From Octopus bimaculoides (taxonomy: Eukaryota): DNA of 64,000 bases. The stretch spans positions 8,747,843-8,811,842 of the forward strand of contig NC_069004.1 in assembly GCF_001194135.2 (NCBI RefSeq), written 5' to 3'. Made by a program: the position numbers and the translations under genes. Below the pieces are notes generated by a model, which was not told the DNA's origin, searched no databases, and worked only from the letters and a program-made list of their open reading frames with translations. Below are positions 62,645-64,000 of the stretch, piece by piece (position 1 is the stretch's first letter; each line of letters starts with the position of its first letter).

Positions 62645-62883
62645 CTATCTTATTTCTTTACTTCCCACAAGGGGCTACACACAGAGGGGACAAACAAGGG
62701 CAGGCAAAGGGATTAACTCGATTACATCGACCCAGTGTGTAACTGGTACTTAATTTATCCACCCCGAAAGGATGAAAGGCAAAGTCGACTTCGGCGGAAT
62801 TTGAACTCAGAACGTAAAGACAGACGAAATACCGCTAAGCATTTCGCCCGGCGTGCTAACGTTTCTGCCAGCTCGCCGTCTTA
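62645..62883 (-). mobile_element. SINE family A, young copy, tail variant ii
   Basis: TCTTATTTCTTTACTTCCCACAAGGGGCTACAC...CCCCGAAAGGATGAAAGGCAAAGTCGACTTCGGCGGAATTTGAACTCAGAACGTAAAG...CTGCCAGCTCGCCGTCTT. Confidence 0.92.
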
Positions 62884-63066
62884 TCTATCTAGCTATCTAT
62901 CTATCTATCTATCACTGTCCGTCTGTCTATCTATCTACCCACCCCCACATATATACATATATATGACGTAAACTAACATATTGGTATTAAGTATGACATC
63001 CTACACGGACACGATGCCTCAAATTTTTAGGGGACATGATTAAGTGTTTTAATCTCTTCCCAGTAC

Positions 63067-63116
<50 letters not shown>

Positions 63117-63854
63117 TGCATTTCTAGTGTTGTATTAAATTACTGTAGCTTCTGACATTTGTTTTCAGCTATTATCTCCCGCCGGTAATAACAGTGGGAT
63201 AAATGAAGAAAAAGAAAGAGAAGAGAGGAAAAGATGAGAAAGGAAGAGAGAAGGGGAGAGAGGGAGAGGAGGAGCTGAAGTGGCTGGGTGAGGATGATGA
63301 CAGGGGAGGGTTGGGGTTAGGGTGGATGCAATGAGTTGGCAAGATGGTTTCATGAAAGATAAAAGAAAGACCTCTCTTCCCTTTCGTTCTCACCCACACC
63401 TTGCCTCCGCTTTTATTCTTTCTAATTCACATATGCAATGCGCACAACGCACAAGCACATGCATTCATACATGCATACACATACATATATATATCTAACC
63501 CATGCCACCGTGGAAAACGGATGTGAAATGCTGATGACATGTTTATAGATTTATAGTCCTTATATTTTCCAAAAGGGAGTTCAGCACTCCCACCTAGCGC
63601 AAAAACAACACCTGTGGACCGGTTTCTGGGTTATTGTTCTTTATCGACGCAGAGTATCTGTTTGGCTAGGTGGCGTTGCTGAATTCACCGATAGAATATA
63701 TAGTTTTCAAAGTGACACACAGTCACTGATCTAATAGAATAGAAATATTATTATTTCTAAATAAGGACATAGATATATTGTGTCGTATAGCCAGCTAGAA
63801 GCGATGTTTCCTGGGGCTAAACTACAGTAACATCGTCCCTGCCAGGACAGCTAC

Positions 63855-63915
<61 letters not shown>

Positions 63916-64000
63916 TAAATGGTGAGTTTTGGAGTTTTAAAGACTTACAGCTGTTTCAAATATACATTTTGGGCTCGTTCATGGTTCAATTTAATCAATA

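Overview
Eukaryotic, AT-rich draft-assembly DNA with about 23 N-gaps and dense (AT)n/(AC)n/(AG)n/(ATC)n/(GGT)n microsatellites. The SINE repertoire and low-complexity content fit a coleoid cephalopod, probably Octopus (inference from recalled repeat families, not searched). There are no prokaryotic features and no complete protein-coding gene. Almost all ORFs in the supplied track are microsatellite, N-gap or SINE artefacts. Supportable content: (1) about 20 copies of a tRNA-derived SINE (family A), about 12 full or partial CORE-type SINEs (B head plus D tail) and 3 tRNA-Arg-like SINEs (C); (2) LINE fossils (CR1-group, RTE, Tx1/L1); (3) four Tc1/mariner transposase fossils plus several Tc1/mariner, Tigger and hAT MITEs, two hAT MITEs nested in older elements; (4) degenerate 23-, 26- and 29-bp minisatellites, one with a 180-bp higher-order repeat and an inserted 5'ETS/18S rDNA fragment; (5) one good candidate first coding exon encoding a signal peptide (minus strand, 19388-19219). 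The most interesting object is a ~340-bp minus-strand element at 24.1-24.4 kb. It joins a Pol III tRNA-like head to an apparently intact minimal type I hammerhead ribozyme of the Penelope type, with an inverted partial tail and flanking 12-bp direct repeats. Several decayed hammerhead-like motifs occur elsewhere in the window.
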